Positions 29,644 through 42,791 of a stretch of DNA of 64,000 nucleotides are shown one piece after another. Source of the DNA: Chrysomallon squamiferum (taxonomy: Eukaryota > Animalia > Mollusca); assembly GCA_012295275.1 (NCBI GenBank), contig CM022669.1, positions 16,740,001-16,804,000 on the forward strand, in the 5' to 3' direction. The position numbers were made by a program, and so were the translations under genes. Under the pieces are notes generated by a model. That model was not told where the DNA came from, made no database searches, and saw nothing but the letters and a program-made list of their open reading frames with translations. Positions within the stretch are counted from its first letter, which is position 1. Each line of letters opens with the position of its first letter.

Positions 29644-29715
29644 GCTGGAGACGGGACACGAACCTAGCATCTGACATTCCTTGGTTCCAAGCCTTAACCA
29701 TCGCGATTACCAAGC
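29644..29715 (-). pseudogene. tRNA-like unit, diverged copy A
   Basis: GCTTGGTAATCGCGATGGTTAAGGCTTGGAACCAAGGAATGTCAGATGCTAGGTTCGTGTCCCGTCTCCAGC. Shares CGATGGTTAAG, CAGATG, AGGTTCG.GTCCCG, CCAG and the flank ACTATAAAT with copy B, at a 116-bp offset. Confidence 0.6.
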
Positions 29716-29759
29716 TGGGAAAATAGTTTTAATAACTGTACACTATAAATCGTTGTTAG

Positions 29760-29829
29760 ACTGGACCCGGGACTCGAACCTTACATCTGGCAACCGTCAG
29801 TTCAAAAGCTTAACCATCGTGTGACCAGT
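29760..29829 (-). pseudogene. tRNA-like unit (pseudo-tRNA or tRNA-derived SINE head), copy B
   Basis: Minus strand ACTGGTCACACGATGGTTAAGCTTTTGAACTGACGGTTGCCAGATGTAAGGTTCGAGTCCCGGGTCCAGT. Perfect B-box GGTTCGAGTCC, D-loop-like TGGTTAAG, ends ACTGGTC/GTCCAGT pair at 6 of 7 positions. T-stem and anticodon stem are broken. Confidence 0.7.
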
Positions 29830-30102
29830 TTTGGGTAAACAATTTTAATAAGCTGTCTGAACCATGGCTATATTTGTTTCTTATCGATTTCTCAAGCCTA
29901 CCTAAATCTGTAACATAAAACTCACGTGACGTGCCGCAAAATTAGACCTTATCACACCTCTCGTAACAATGTCTGATTAAATACTGGAAAAATAGTGCCT
30001 AACCTCTAATTTTTGCGGGCGGATAAATATTAAAGACAATTAGTCGTGATTACCAAGCTGGGAAAATAGTTTTAATAACTGTACACTATAAATCGTTGTT
30101 AG

Positions 30103-30172
30103 ACTGGACCCGGGACTCGAACCTTACATCTGGCAACCGTCAGTTCAAAAGCTTAACCATCGTGTGACCAGT
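30103..30172 (-). pseudogene. tRNA-like unit, copy C (identical to copy B, inside the 343-bp duplication)
   Basis: Same sequence as 29760-29829 shifted by 343 bp. Confidence 0.7.
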
Positions 30173-30586
30173 TTTGGGTAAACAATTTTAATAAGCTGTC
30201 TGAACCATGGCTATATTTGTTTCTTATCGATTTCTCAAGCCTACCTAAATCTGTAACATAAAACTCACGTGACGTGCCGCAAAATTAGACCTTATCACAC
30301 CTCTCGTAACAATGTCTGATTAAATACTGGAAAAATAGTGCCTAACCTCTAATTTTTGCGGGCGGATAAATATTAAAGACAATTAGTCGTGATTCTGTAA
30401 TTTGTCGCAGGCACCATCTAGTTTATTATGCCGCGGTTCAGCCAAAGTCCACACGGAAATAGACGAAGGAAGACGTTTCCTCCAATGAAAACGCGGCTTA
30501 CAAAATCTGTCCGGTTAATTTTGTTATCTGGGAAAATCGAGGAACTGACCAACATTTTTGTTTTCTGTGATTTAAAATAGATTAAG

Positions 30587-30619
<33 letters not shown>

Positions 30620-32934
30620 CTTTTAAATCGTTTTGTGATTCAGTTTTATTTTTAAAAATCATTAATCGATTTTTTTTTTTTTTTAGATATATCTTTTTCA
30701 TTTGAAACAATTAGCCCATATATATTTAACTGATTTTTTTTTTTTAAATTGTTTTATCAAAAATACCGGTAGCAATTTTATTTATTTTCCATCAGTATAG
30801 AAATGTCAAAAAAAAAAAAAAAAAAAAAGAGAAAAAAGATAGAAAAAAATAAATAAATAAATAAAAAAGAAAAGTAAAATAAACAGAACTTCCACTCAGA
30901 TACATTATATCTTTACTTATTTTTAAAGTTATAGAGAGCTGAATGCAATCAACCATCCTAATGATTTTTAAAGATAAAACTTACTTCTGCACCACGCTGT
31001 GTTCGAAAACCTTTGGACTGCTACCAGAAAGCACCGAATGAACGTTAAGCTGTTTAATTTCTGTTTAAAACTACCAAACATTTAACTCGTAATATTCAGC
31101 TCAAACCATAACTTTTCCTTCACGTGTCATCTGAAAATTATTCCAGAATGAAAAAAAAAAGAAACAAAAAAGAAACAAATAAAGAAAAGAAAATGGAAGA
31201 AAATTACCCAAAAAAAGAAAAATACAAAATGGTGGATTAGACTCAGACCGCTTAGAACATTGCTAAATTTTCTTTTTTTACAAAAATTAGTCGTCTGTCT
31301 CCCTTTGTGCACATTTTGGCATAAACAGATTGAGAAACTGCCAACATAACTGTCGCAGACAAGCGGTGTTTGATTTTGCAAGCAGACTAGCAAACAAGAA
31401 GAGCTCCTGAAAGACTCAGAAAATTACAGCAATTTTACACTTTGTTGGCAGGGTGAGTGCGCGATTTGCTTCCTATGTACATTGAATCAATCATCATCAC
31501 AATCAAATACATTGTGGCTGTCACCGTTATCCCCGCTATTACTGCGTGCGTGCAATCACTGAACTTGTTACAAGTGGATTGTGTAGAAACAGCAATATCG
31601 GTAAAAGTAATACATAGACGGCGCTGATGATGATGTTTTCGTGGCATTTTTAGCTTCGCTGGTGATATTTGTGGATGCTGTTGCAGCTAATATTGTTTCG
31701 TCAGATAACATTGTTGCATAAGTGTCGTTGCTGTGGATATTAATGTCACAGCAGTTCTAGTTCTTTTAAGTCATCCGTGGTCTGTATATTGATGTAAGAG
31801 TTCGTGTTGTAAAAGCGACTGTGGCAGGTGTGAGTATAAAGCACGCCTGTCATGCACACGGTCTTTGACTTCGTCAGAAAGCTACACTGAATTCAACAGC
31901 CAACACAGTACCAGCAATGAGAATTAATACTAATTTATAAAAAATTAAAAAAAATAAAAATAAAAATAATAAAATAAAATAAAATAAAAATAAAACAACA
32001 ACACTATTGTAATAAGAACTTCAGTTACTGTAGTTACTGTTGTACAAATAGTACTGACACTTGTGGTTTTTGAAAACTGGACTAATTTGTCGGAATACGC
32101 AAAGAGTGTACCCTAGACATTCGTACTGAAAATCTCAGTGGATGAAAGTAAAGGAAAGATGATTGATTGATTATTCTCCATAATTAAATTTATGTAAATG
32201 GTAATTGGAGCGATGTAGTAATATTACAATCAATAAAACAGCGTAAATGAAGAAGTAATGGTTGTTCCTTTTGTGGCCAAGGAATAACATGATAATAATA
32301 ATAATAATATTGCCATACACATACACATACACCATAGTTATACACATATAGCACACACAATATTTATATACACACTTACATGCAAACAAACACTCACACA
32401 CACACATATATATATACATATATACATACAAACGTATATAATTGTATACACATATACAAATAAATACATACACAATGACATACGCATAACATACAGAGTA
32501 AGATGTACACACATAACCATTAAGCATATAACAAAAAACTTAATAAAAAGAAAAAAACACACAAAGAAAACAACAACATAACAAAGAAACACACAAAACA
32601 AATACAATAAACACAACACAAACTAAATTGAAACGGATTGTCAGTTAATCGACTCTTGTGTTAAAATATTTATCTTGAATTTTTCCTCTTCTTTTTCTTC
32701 TTCTTTCCTTTTTATTTTTCCCTCTCGTTTCCAGTGTTCTCTGAGTCAGAAAAAATAACAAGATACTATTTTAAGTCTAGTCTGTCTGGGTATCGTGGGG
32801 TTTCAAGGACCTGAAGTCTAAAATGTCAAAAGTATAATATTTTTTCCTTCATCGTTTCTTTTTTCTTTTTCTTTTTTTTCTTTTTAAACTGCAGCGAAAT
32901 ACGGCGTCTACATAACGAACTCTTAATGTCAACA

Positions 32935-33280
32935 GGTTGATAGTGTATTGATGGATAATGTACTGATAGGCCGTTGATAATGTCTTAAAAGTATGTTGAT
33001 AGTACGCGGATTATGTGCTTATAGTGTCTCTACAGCGTGTTGATAGTATGTTGATATTATGTTGATAGTATGTTGATATTATGTTAATAGTATGTTAATT
33101 AAATGCTGACTATAATTATGTTGACTTAATGCTGGTAAAATGATGAAAGTTCACTGGTTGTGTGTGGATACTGTATTGATAGTATTTTGTCAATCTGTTA
33201 ATGGTATGTTGATTATGTACTGATTTTATAAACAGCTGTTAATATATGTTGATAGTTTCTTGAAACCGTGTTGATGACAG
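32935..33280. repeat. Degenerate 11-bp minisatellite (TGTTGATAGTA)n
   Basis: Near-perfect core at 33038-33097 (TGTTGATAGTA/TGTTGATATTA alternating), with decayed copies on both sides. Confidence 0.8.
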
Positions 33281-34244
33281 TTTATTAAAACTGTGTAAAC
33301 TAAAGTATTTATTTTAGTGTTATTGTTCCTGTGTGTTTCAGATTTTTTTTTTTATTGTGACAATTCAGCAGTTTTATTAAGCGCGTTTCATCATTATTAA
33401 TGGAAACTGCTCTATGTAAACACCAATTTTTATTTATTATTTATTGTATTTGGATAATACGTTGACGGCATGTCATTATTTTTTTTTTCTTATTTTTTTT
33501 TTCTCTATGTAACGCGATGCGTTCGATTCATATAGATATAAAGCATACAATTTAAATATATATATATAATAAATACATTCTTAGAACAACGAAGTCATCA
33601 GACAAAACTGAATAAATATAAATATCAGCAGATAAATAAGAAATATATGAAAATGATATCAGTTTATCTAGTCATCACGTCTTGGTGGTATATAATAAAA
33701 AAAAGTGATTATTTTGGTTACTAAAAGATAAATACATCACATAGCTCAGCGTTATTTTGAATAATAGTACATGGATATACGATGACGTCACAATACATAT
33801 AGGTATCACAGACACGGAATGTTAATTTCAACCATACTTTGTCCATATGATGAAATATTGCAACTAATAGTACAGCAAAAAGGAAAAGGATCGTGCTAAA
33901 TCTAGTACATTCATAATTACATTTCCGAGCATAAAAGATTTATACATTAATAGAAGCTTGTTTGGCTTGAAAACATTACTAGATATAAAGTGAAAACAAA
34001 TAATAATAAAGAAAAGAAATGATAAAAATAAATTAATTCGACGTAATATGGCAAATATTTACATTAGATATAACCGTAGTCAAACTACATTAGCGAGTGT
34101 ATTTATATTAATTCGCTGATAATGTGAAAAGCCTTAGATACCGTTAAACGTATTTGAGTTTCAAGTACTTTACGCGCATGTATTTCAGAACTGTGTTGTT
34201 AGACCTGTTAGTAACACGAGTACCTCCACAGCCAATACAGGTAC

Positions 34245-34342
34245 AAAAACACACATGCTAACACACATACATACACACATACACACACATACACACACAC
34301 ATATATATATACACACTTACACACAGATACACATACACACAT

Positions 34343-34381
<39 letters not shown>

Positions 34382-34479
34382 CACATACACCCACATACAC
34401 ACACATACACATACATACACACAAACACATACTACACACACACACATACAAACACACACACATACACACACATACACAA

Positions 34480-34510
<31 letters not shown>

Positions 34511-34677
34511 CACATGTGTGTGTGTGGAATGTATGCACGCCCACCCACCCATACAAATAGTCAAACGAATAATAACAATAAGAAGAAGAAAATATAAATA
34601 TGTAGAGAAAAAGAAAAACGTTTACACAAAACATACATAATAGTATATATGTATGTGTGTATGAGTTTGTGCGTGTG

Positions 34678-34718
<41 letters not shown>

Positions 34719-34725
34719 GTGTGTG

Positions 34726-34757
<32 letters not shown>
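34245..34757. repeat. Degenerate (CA)n, (TA)n and (GT)n tracts
   Basis: Read directly. Confidence 0.9.
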
Positions 34758-34758
<1 letters not shown>

Positions 34759-36547
34759 CGTTAGTTAATGTATATTTGCAAAAATTAATAATGTTTACGT
34801 GTGTCTGCGAATGCAAGCCATTAAGAAAGTTTTCATATAGACATTTTGATGTTGTTTTCAAGTTAATTAGACTTTCCTGTCTGCGGTCCTTGAATATAAA
34901 TCATTTTAATTAAGAAAAGCACTCTGTCGCAGATGGGAAAAATCACTACCTTTGTGTCCTGCGTTGATCATTAAGCTAATCAACGTCAACATTGAATGCA
35001 GCGAATTACTGAAAAACACTGCTTGAAAAGCTAGAAATTATTATGAGAAGAAGATGTTTAGGGAAGAGGAAGAAGAAGAAGAAGAAGAAGAAGAAGAAGA
35101 AGAAGAAGAAGAAGAAAAAAGAACATGAAGATAAAGAAGATGAAGAAGAAGAAGAAACGAAATGTCGTTTTAAGATAAAAAATACTTCGATATCTGAAAT
35201 TAGAAAAGGTTTCCTTCCACCTTTTTTTCTGTTAGTGAATGTTTTTGTTTGATTTCTGTCTGTGTGTCTGTCTGTCTGTTTTTTGTTTTTCTCTCTATGT
35301 ACTAGGTGGGTGTTTTGAGAAAGTATAAATGTCACTGTTCTCCGTATTACAATATAGTGTTATGGATTTTTCTATAATAAATTTAAAACGATTCTCAAAA
35401 CACGCCTACTCTACTCTTTTATCTACGTATTCATTCATGTAAATGTTGTTTACTTTTCTTATGTATTTCACCATATTGTTCGTTTATATTTGCTTCTTTT
35501 TTTATATATTTTTTCTATTCTCAGAGTATTTTTAATTTTTATATTTGATTTGATTATTTTTTTTATTGTTTTTATTTTTTTGGATTTTTTAATCTATAAT
35601 AAAAATGAAAATAAAAACTAAGGAAAATAAATTGATTTTTTCAACAGCAAAAAGGTGATTATTGATAATCTTGTTTTCTAAACGACATTTTATAACAAAC
35701 ATAATATTTGTCAGCATTCCAGAGAGAAAATAAAATAAAATAAAAATCCGTAGAGAGAGCAGAAATGAGAAAGGTCCGCACATCAAGAAAAACTCTCAAA
35801 ATGCACTAAAGTTTGTAATGAAACTTTGTCTCCAATGATCAAAAATTTAATTTATTTTATTTACTTACTTATTTACTTACTAACTTACTAATTTACTTAC
35901 TTTATTTTATTTTATTATAATTTATTTATTTACACTGTTTAGTTTGTATTTATTTGCTGTGTTTTCTCTTTTTTCTCTCTGTCTTTCCATTTATTTCTCT
36001 ATATATATACACACACCCATCCATCAATTTATCAATCCATCTGTGTATATCTATCTGTCTGTCAAAATGTCTGTCTGTCTCTGTGTATGTCAGGTTTTTT
36101 TTCTATCTATCTGTCTATCTTTAGGTTTAATCATATATATAATTTAAGTCTCTAAAAAGTCAGTACGTAAATGAATAATTCAATGCATAAACAAAAGACA
36201 AACAAAAAAAAAAAAAAAAACAACCATAGCATAAGTTACAAGAAATTTATTATTATTATTATTATTATTATGTACTCTATTAGGGAAACAAGGTTAGATA
36301 TAGATCCAGAATCTTCATATTAATTAGAGAAAGGAAACCATAAAGATTTCTAACGATCCACATTAGCTTCGTAACGCAAGATGATTATCAGTGTCAATAG
36401 CCTGTTTTTCTAATTAATTATGACAATGAATTAATAATTTGGTTTTCTTGGTGGCAGTTTCATGAAGGGTGTTCGTAAACACGTACACATAAATATTCAC
36501 ATATATCAGTATAGGAATACACATACAGAGATTATTTATAGACGGGG

Positions 36548-36656
<109 letters not shown>

Positions 36657-37127
36657 ATCTATCTATCAGTATATATATAATACTGTAGCAGTAACATGAC
36701 TGATTGGTTGAAATCATCGAGATAGTAATGAGATATGATTAATATCATACAGTACGTATAGTAACGGGATAGGTGTTTAATCAAAGCACGCCTTTTCTTC
36801 TCTTGTTTACTTTACTAATAAGTCACTAGCTGCTTTACAGAGTTCCATATAAGATCTGTCAGAAAGTGTGAAATCTTTTTAATATTTTAACCGTGACTGC
36901 ACTGAGTGAAGTTTAAAGTTGTTGTATACAGATGAAACAATGTTTGTGCTTGCTTGCTACTGACTACATGGTTATAGTGTTATTTATTTTATTTTATTTT
37001 TATTATTATTTTTATTTTTTTTTTTTTATATCTTTGTATGTATCTGTGCGAGTGTGTGTACTATCGTTTTTGTGGGTATAATGACTGTATATGTTTGTTA
37101 GTGTAAGGTGGTTATCGTGTTTGTGGC

Positions 37128-37264
37128 ATGTGTATGTATGTATGTAGGTATGTATGTATTTATGTATGTACGTATTTATGTATGTACGTATTCATGTATA
37201 TGTATATGTATGTATGTATGTAGGTGTGTATGTATGTATGTATGTACGTATTTATGTATGTATG

Positions 37265-37295
<31 letters not shown>

Positions 37296-37500
37296 TTATG
37301 TATGTACGTATTCATGTATATGTATATGTATGTATGTATGTAGGTGTGTATGTATGTAGGTATATATGTATTTATGTATGTACGTATTCATGTATATGTA
37401 TATGTATGTATATATGTATGTAGATGTGTATGTATGTATGTATGTATGTATGTAGATGTGTATGTATGTATGTATGTATGGACGTATATATGTATGTATA
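37128..37500. repeat. (TATG)n satellite with higher-order structure
   Basis: The variant block TACGTATTCATGTATATGTATATGTATGTA recurs at about 37185, 37305 and 37381. Confidence 0.9.
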
Positions 37501-38560
37501 TATGTGTGTGTTTGTATGAATAGTTATATATATATATATATATGCATAGGTTTCTGTTGTACGGAATCAGGGCGGTGAGACAAGAAGGACGGATTCATTC
37601 AGAGAAAGAAAAATAATTTATAATAAACATTTAACGAATGACAGACACAGAAACTGAGAGACAAAACTAAACCGCACCGACGTATTGTAAAGAAAACTAA
37701 TTAAATTCCACATCTCTTAATCCTAAATTCAGAAATACTTTATTTTCACTTCTGCGTCATAATTCTTTTAATCAGCACAAAGAGACAATGAAACAGAACC
37801 TTCGACTGGAAATTAATCCATCCTGGAGATTATTTGACAGGTGACAGCTGGCGAGAGTTATAACAAGAAAAGTATCTAAAACGTAATTCCAGCTAATCCG
37901 CAGACACGGTTAACCAAGTTGTATTGAAGTTACTCTTAACTCGCAAAATCCATAACAGTCTAGATGGTTTTTTTTTTTTTTTTTTCTTCATTTTGTTTGC
38001 GTCTATGTTACCCCGTCCTTTATTCTTTCTTATTTTATTTGTTTTATTTTATTTTATTTTATTTTATTCTATTTTTTTTTTTTTTCTTTCTTAAATTTAT
38101 ATCATCTTTCTACTATTCTTGTTTCTTCCTTTATTCCTCTCTTCTTCCTTGATTCCTTTCTGTTTTCCTTTTTTTTCTTTCGTTCTTTATTTTAATTGTC
38201 ATTAAATTGTTAAATCACCACCAAAAATGGAAAATTTTAAAAACCGTTTCCGATTAAAATATTTTTTATCTCAAATATGAATTTTAGCCTTCATCCGATG
38301 AAAACATTTTGAAAGAAAGTCCTTCAAAATTTGACATTTTGGGTCAAAATGGACTTGACCACCAATCTTATAATATATTTGTAATGATTCTATTAATATA
38401 TCAATAATACCAGGGCTTATTTTCACAGTATTTATGTTGCTGGAAATGTATTTCCATAAGGAATTCAAATACGTCATTACTTTTACCATGTTAAGAATTC
38501 ATACTCATTTGACCTTTAATATGACCTTCTGGATCATGTGACCTTGAAACAGTAATACCC

Positions 38561-38640
38561 CAGGATGCTATCAAAGACATTAAATATATACATACATACA
38601 TACATACATACATACATACATACATACATACATACATACA

Positions 38641-38676
<36 letters not shown>

Positions 38677-38835
38677 TATATCTCTTTCTCTCTCTCTCTT
38701 TCTCTCTCTCTCTCTGTCTCTCTCTCATTCTCTGTCTCTGTATGTATGTATATATATATGTATGTATGTATGTATGTATTTAATGGTTTTAATATATTTA
38801 TGTATGTATATATTTAATGTCTTTGATAGCATCCT

Positions 38836-38836
<1 letters not shown>
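38561..38836. repeat. Inverted repeat with perfect 38-bp arms around a (TACA)n/(CT)n/(TATG)n spacer
   Basis: CAGGATGCTATCAAAGACATTAAATATATACATACATA from 38561, and its exact reverse complement at 38799-38836. Confidence 0.92.
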
Positions 38837-39198
<362 letters not shown>

Positions 39199-40023
39199 GT
39201 TGCGGATAGGTAAGAACACTTACGTGTATTTTGATTATAACAAGATGTAGACTGGAAACAAATTACACGGATACATATTAATACGTCCACTGTACGTTTG
39301 TATCACAGCCAAACACGTTTTAGATTTTCAGTCCATTTGTTGTTATTCTGTTACACGTTGTATGTGTTTTGACGACCTTGATTGTCAGTGAATTGATTAT
39401 ATCTAATACAATTTACATTCTGAGTTAATGTATATCAGAAATTTTCTCTTGTAACAATGTTAATTCTTCCATTCTTGTGATCACTTTTTGTCTTCCTTCA
39501 TTCATTCATCTATTCATGCACTGACTGACAGACTGATCCATTCATTCGTTCATTCGTTCATTCGTTCGTTCGTGCTGTTTTTGTTTCTGTGAAAAACCTG
39601 ATTCGAAACGATAAATGTAAGAATATATATCATACCTCAAACTTACCCTTTAACGAATCCACTTCTTACAAGATTTTGTATCGCTTCTTAATACACATAG
39701 TTATATATATATATATATATATATTCTTTAAAGCAAAACCGAAAGTTAAAAAATACTATTTGTTCTTGATCTTAGCTGAATATATATTCTGGTCCGAAAT
39801 GTATTCTATTTATCCTTTTCTGTAACACTTAGAAATCTTAAAATCCATGAACGTGAAACTTGAAACACAAGAGCTAAACATATTTCGAATGTGACAGTCA
39901 AACACGCGGATTCCTATTACAAAATATAGTTCCTATTTCAATAATAAACAAAACATTTACAAATGTGACATGGCAACAGCAGTTATTTAAATAAAATGAT
40001 AGTTTTGTTACAATAATAAATAA

Positions 40024-40085
<62 letters not shown>

Positions 40086-41419
40086 TTATTTATTTATTTA
40101 TTTATTTACTGACTGATACACATTTTTCTATTATTGTTTACATGAATTCAGGACGCATGGTTTTGACTTGCAGACTAACTGATATGACACAATAACCAAA
40201 CGACATGGACGACCCCAGCATGACGTTGTGACAGCCGTCGTCGACATATCAGTGAACCGTGCGAATGTCTCATTTTACAGTGAACTTATTGCTAGACTGT
40301 CCAGTGGTGAGCAGACGCACGTCTTTTGTCAGTCACGTGCTGGACTTGTTTCTGTTACTGAAAACTGTTTCTTACCCACTGGTTTGTTGTTGATGCTTCT
40401 GTATTTGCTTCTTTGTTTGTTTGTTCGTTTGTTTATTGATTTATTGATTTACTTATTTATATATTTATTTATTAGTTAGTTAGTTAGTTAGTTGGTCAGT
40501 CAGTTAGTTAGTTAGTTAATTAGGTAATAAGTTAGCTTGTTAGTTATTAATATATTTATTTCTTATCGTTGTTATTCTATCATTGTTGTTGTGGTTATTG
40601 TTCTTTTTGTCGTCGTTATTTTGCCATTATTATTATTATTGTTGTTGATGATGTTGTTGTTGTTGTCGTTGTCGTTGTTGTTACTCAAAGACTCGTTCTT
40701 ACGCTCTAACATATATTTCTTCTGCGACTTACTTTATATTTTATGTTAAAATTAAAGTAAAGAAATATATTCAGTTCAAATGTCCAAAAGCAGAGAAATT
40801 TCAAAGAATAGTTTACGATTTTCACTGTCTTCATAAAAAAAAAAAAAAGTAGATTAAAAATGATTTATAAGCTATGTATTAATCCTTTTGCCTTGCGGAA
40901 ATAACATTTAATTACTGAATAATAAAAAAATAAACAACGGGAAATAATTTTTAAAAATTAATTAATTAATTAATTAATAACTAACCTTTCACTAAAAAAA
41001 GTACTGGCTAAACTGCATTAATCTTTCTGAGATTGGCTGTTGAGTAAAGAGACTTCGTCCTGAAAAATCCAAAATAGGAAATTGTTATTAGTTTGGTAAT
41101 AACCGACTAATTATTCAGATATAATTCTGAATTAAGCAGTAGTTTATATTAATGAATTGTGTTATATATTATGCTTCGTGTGTAAATGAACACATCTTTG
41201 CGACAATTAATAAATGTCATGTGATAATTATATATACTACACAGAATAAAAACTGAACTCTTTGTGTTAGTTATATTAATGTTACTGTTAACGTTCTATT
41301 GCAGAGTATTAGAAGTACAATCTTAATAAATAGATATAATGTTTTATTTGTTTGTTAATTCGTTTGTTTGTTTGATTGTTTGTTATATTATATTTATTGT
41401 ATTTGTCTCTCTTGCAATA

Positions 41420-41493
<74 letters not shown>

Positions 41494-42116
41494 CCAGTCT
41501 TTTTATATAAGCATAAAACATATATACTAATACATACATAAATACATATTCTGTTGCGTGTGTATATCTCAACATACACATAATAACACACATCATCATG
41601 CGCGAACACACACACACACACTCACACGTACACACACACACAAACACACACACACAAAGGCGTACGACTTTCTTTCCCCTCTTTTAACACAAGAGTCCCG
41701 CAGTAATTTCTTTCCTTCTTTTTATTTTGCTCACAGTAACGACAACTCTCTCTCTCTACAAACGCGACGATTACCGCGCGCCGAACACTGGACACACACA
41801 AAAAATCGAGGTCCTACCTACTCGTGTTACCACAGAATTAAGAAGTTGTGGAAGCAACCTGACACATGCGATCACGGTATATTAAAACCAGTCCCTTAAT
41901 CTCTTGATCAGTGAATTCCTCAGAACGTTTTCTACGTAATTTTATACTAATGGATACAGAAAGTGCGATGCTCTGGGCCTCGTGAGGAAATAACGTTAGA
42001 AACAAAGGGATTAAAACCGGCCCGGAGAATGGATGTTTAACGAAACCCCAGCACGAAAGAAAACATCCGTTTGTCAGCGTAGTTGAAATGTTCGACATCG
42101 TCGTTAATAGCACGAC

Positions 42117-42158
<42 letters not shown>

Positions 42159-42219
42159 TATATGAAAAATAAATAAATAAATAAATAAATAAGCTAAAAA
42201 AAAAAGAGTAAAAAAACGA

Positions 42220-42263
<44 letters not shown>

Positions 42264-42760
42264 ATAAAGAGAGACAAGAAGAGACAGAGACGCAAAGTCA
42301 GAGAAAGAAAGTGAGACAGAAAAATACCAACTGGAAGCGAAAGAAACATTCAGAGAGAAAGATGCTTGAAAAGATGAACAAAGAGAAAAACATTAAGACG
42401 GAGAGACTGACTATGACTAAAACTATATTAAAACATATTTTTAAATATTATTTACTGAATGTTATTTGATTGTTCATGCTGTATAACTGTAATAACACGC
42501 AGTAAAGATGGTATTACAATATTTAATGGCTGGGATAAATAATTTTGTGTAAAGACTAAGTACATATCATTTTAATAATAATAGAAACAAACAAATTAAA
42601 TAAATAAATGAACGAACAAACAAACAAGCAAACAAACGAATAAATAAATAAACTGACACAGACAGAGATAGAGAGACATAGAGATAGGTAGTCAGACAAA
42701 CAGACATATAGACATATAGGTAGAGAGACAGACAGACAGATAGATAATTAACTAATTAAC

Positions 42761-42791
<31 letters not shown>

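Larger units (their letters stand above)
29705..30394. repeat. Perfect direct tandem duplication, 2 x 343 bp
   Basis: 29705-30047 and 30048-30390 look identical by eye (GATTACCAAGCTGGG...AATTAGTCGT). Junction microhomology TCG(C/T)GATT. Confidence 0.95.

Noticed and set aside
29644-30172. Functional tRNA genes
   Set aside because: Anticodon and T stems do not pair and no anticodon can be assigned; reported as tRNA-like units instead.
33783-33790. Isolated full CRE palindromes at 33783 and 59040
   Set aside because: Single 8-mers without supporting context.
40271-40312. Plus-strand 26-nt micro-exon (TTTTACAG...GTGAGC)
   Set aside because: No partner exons or reading frame; such pairs are expected by chance in 64 kb.
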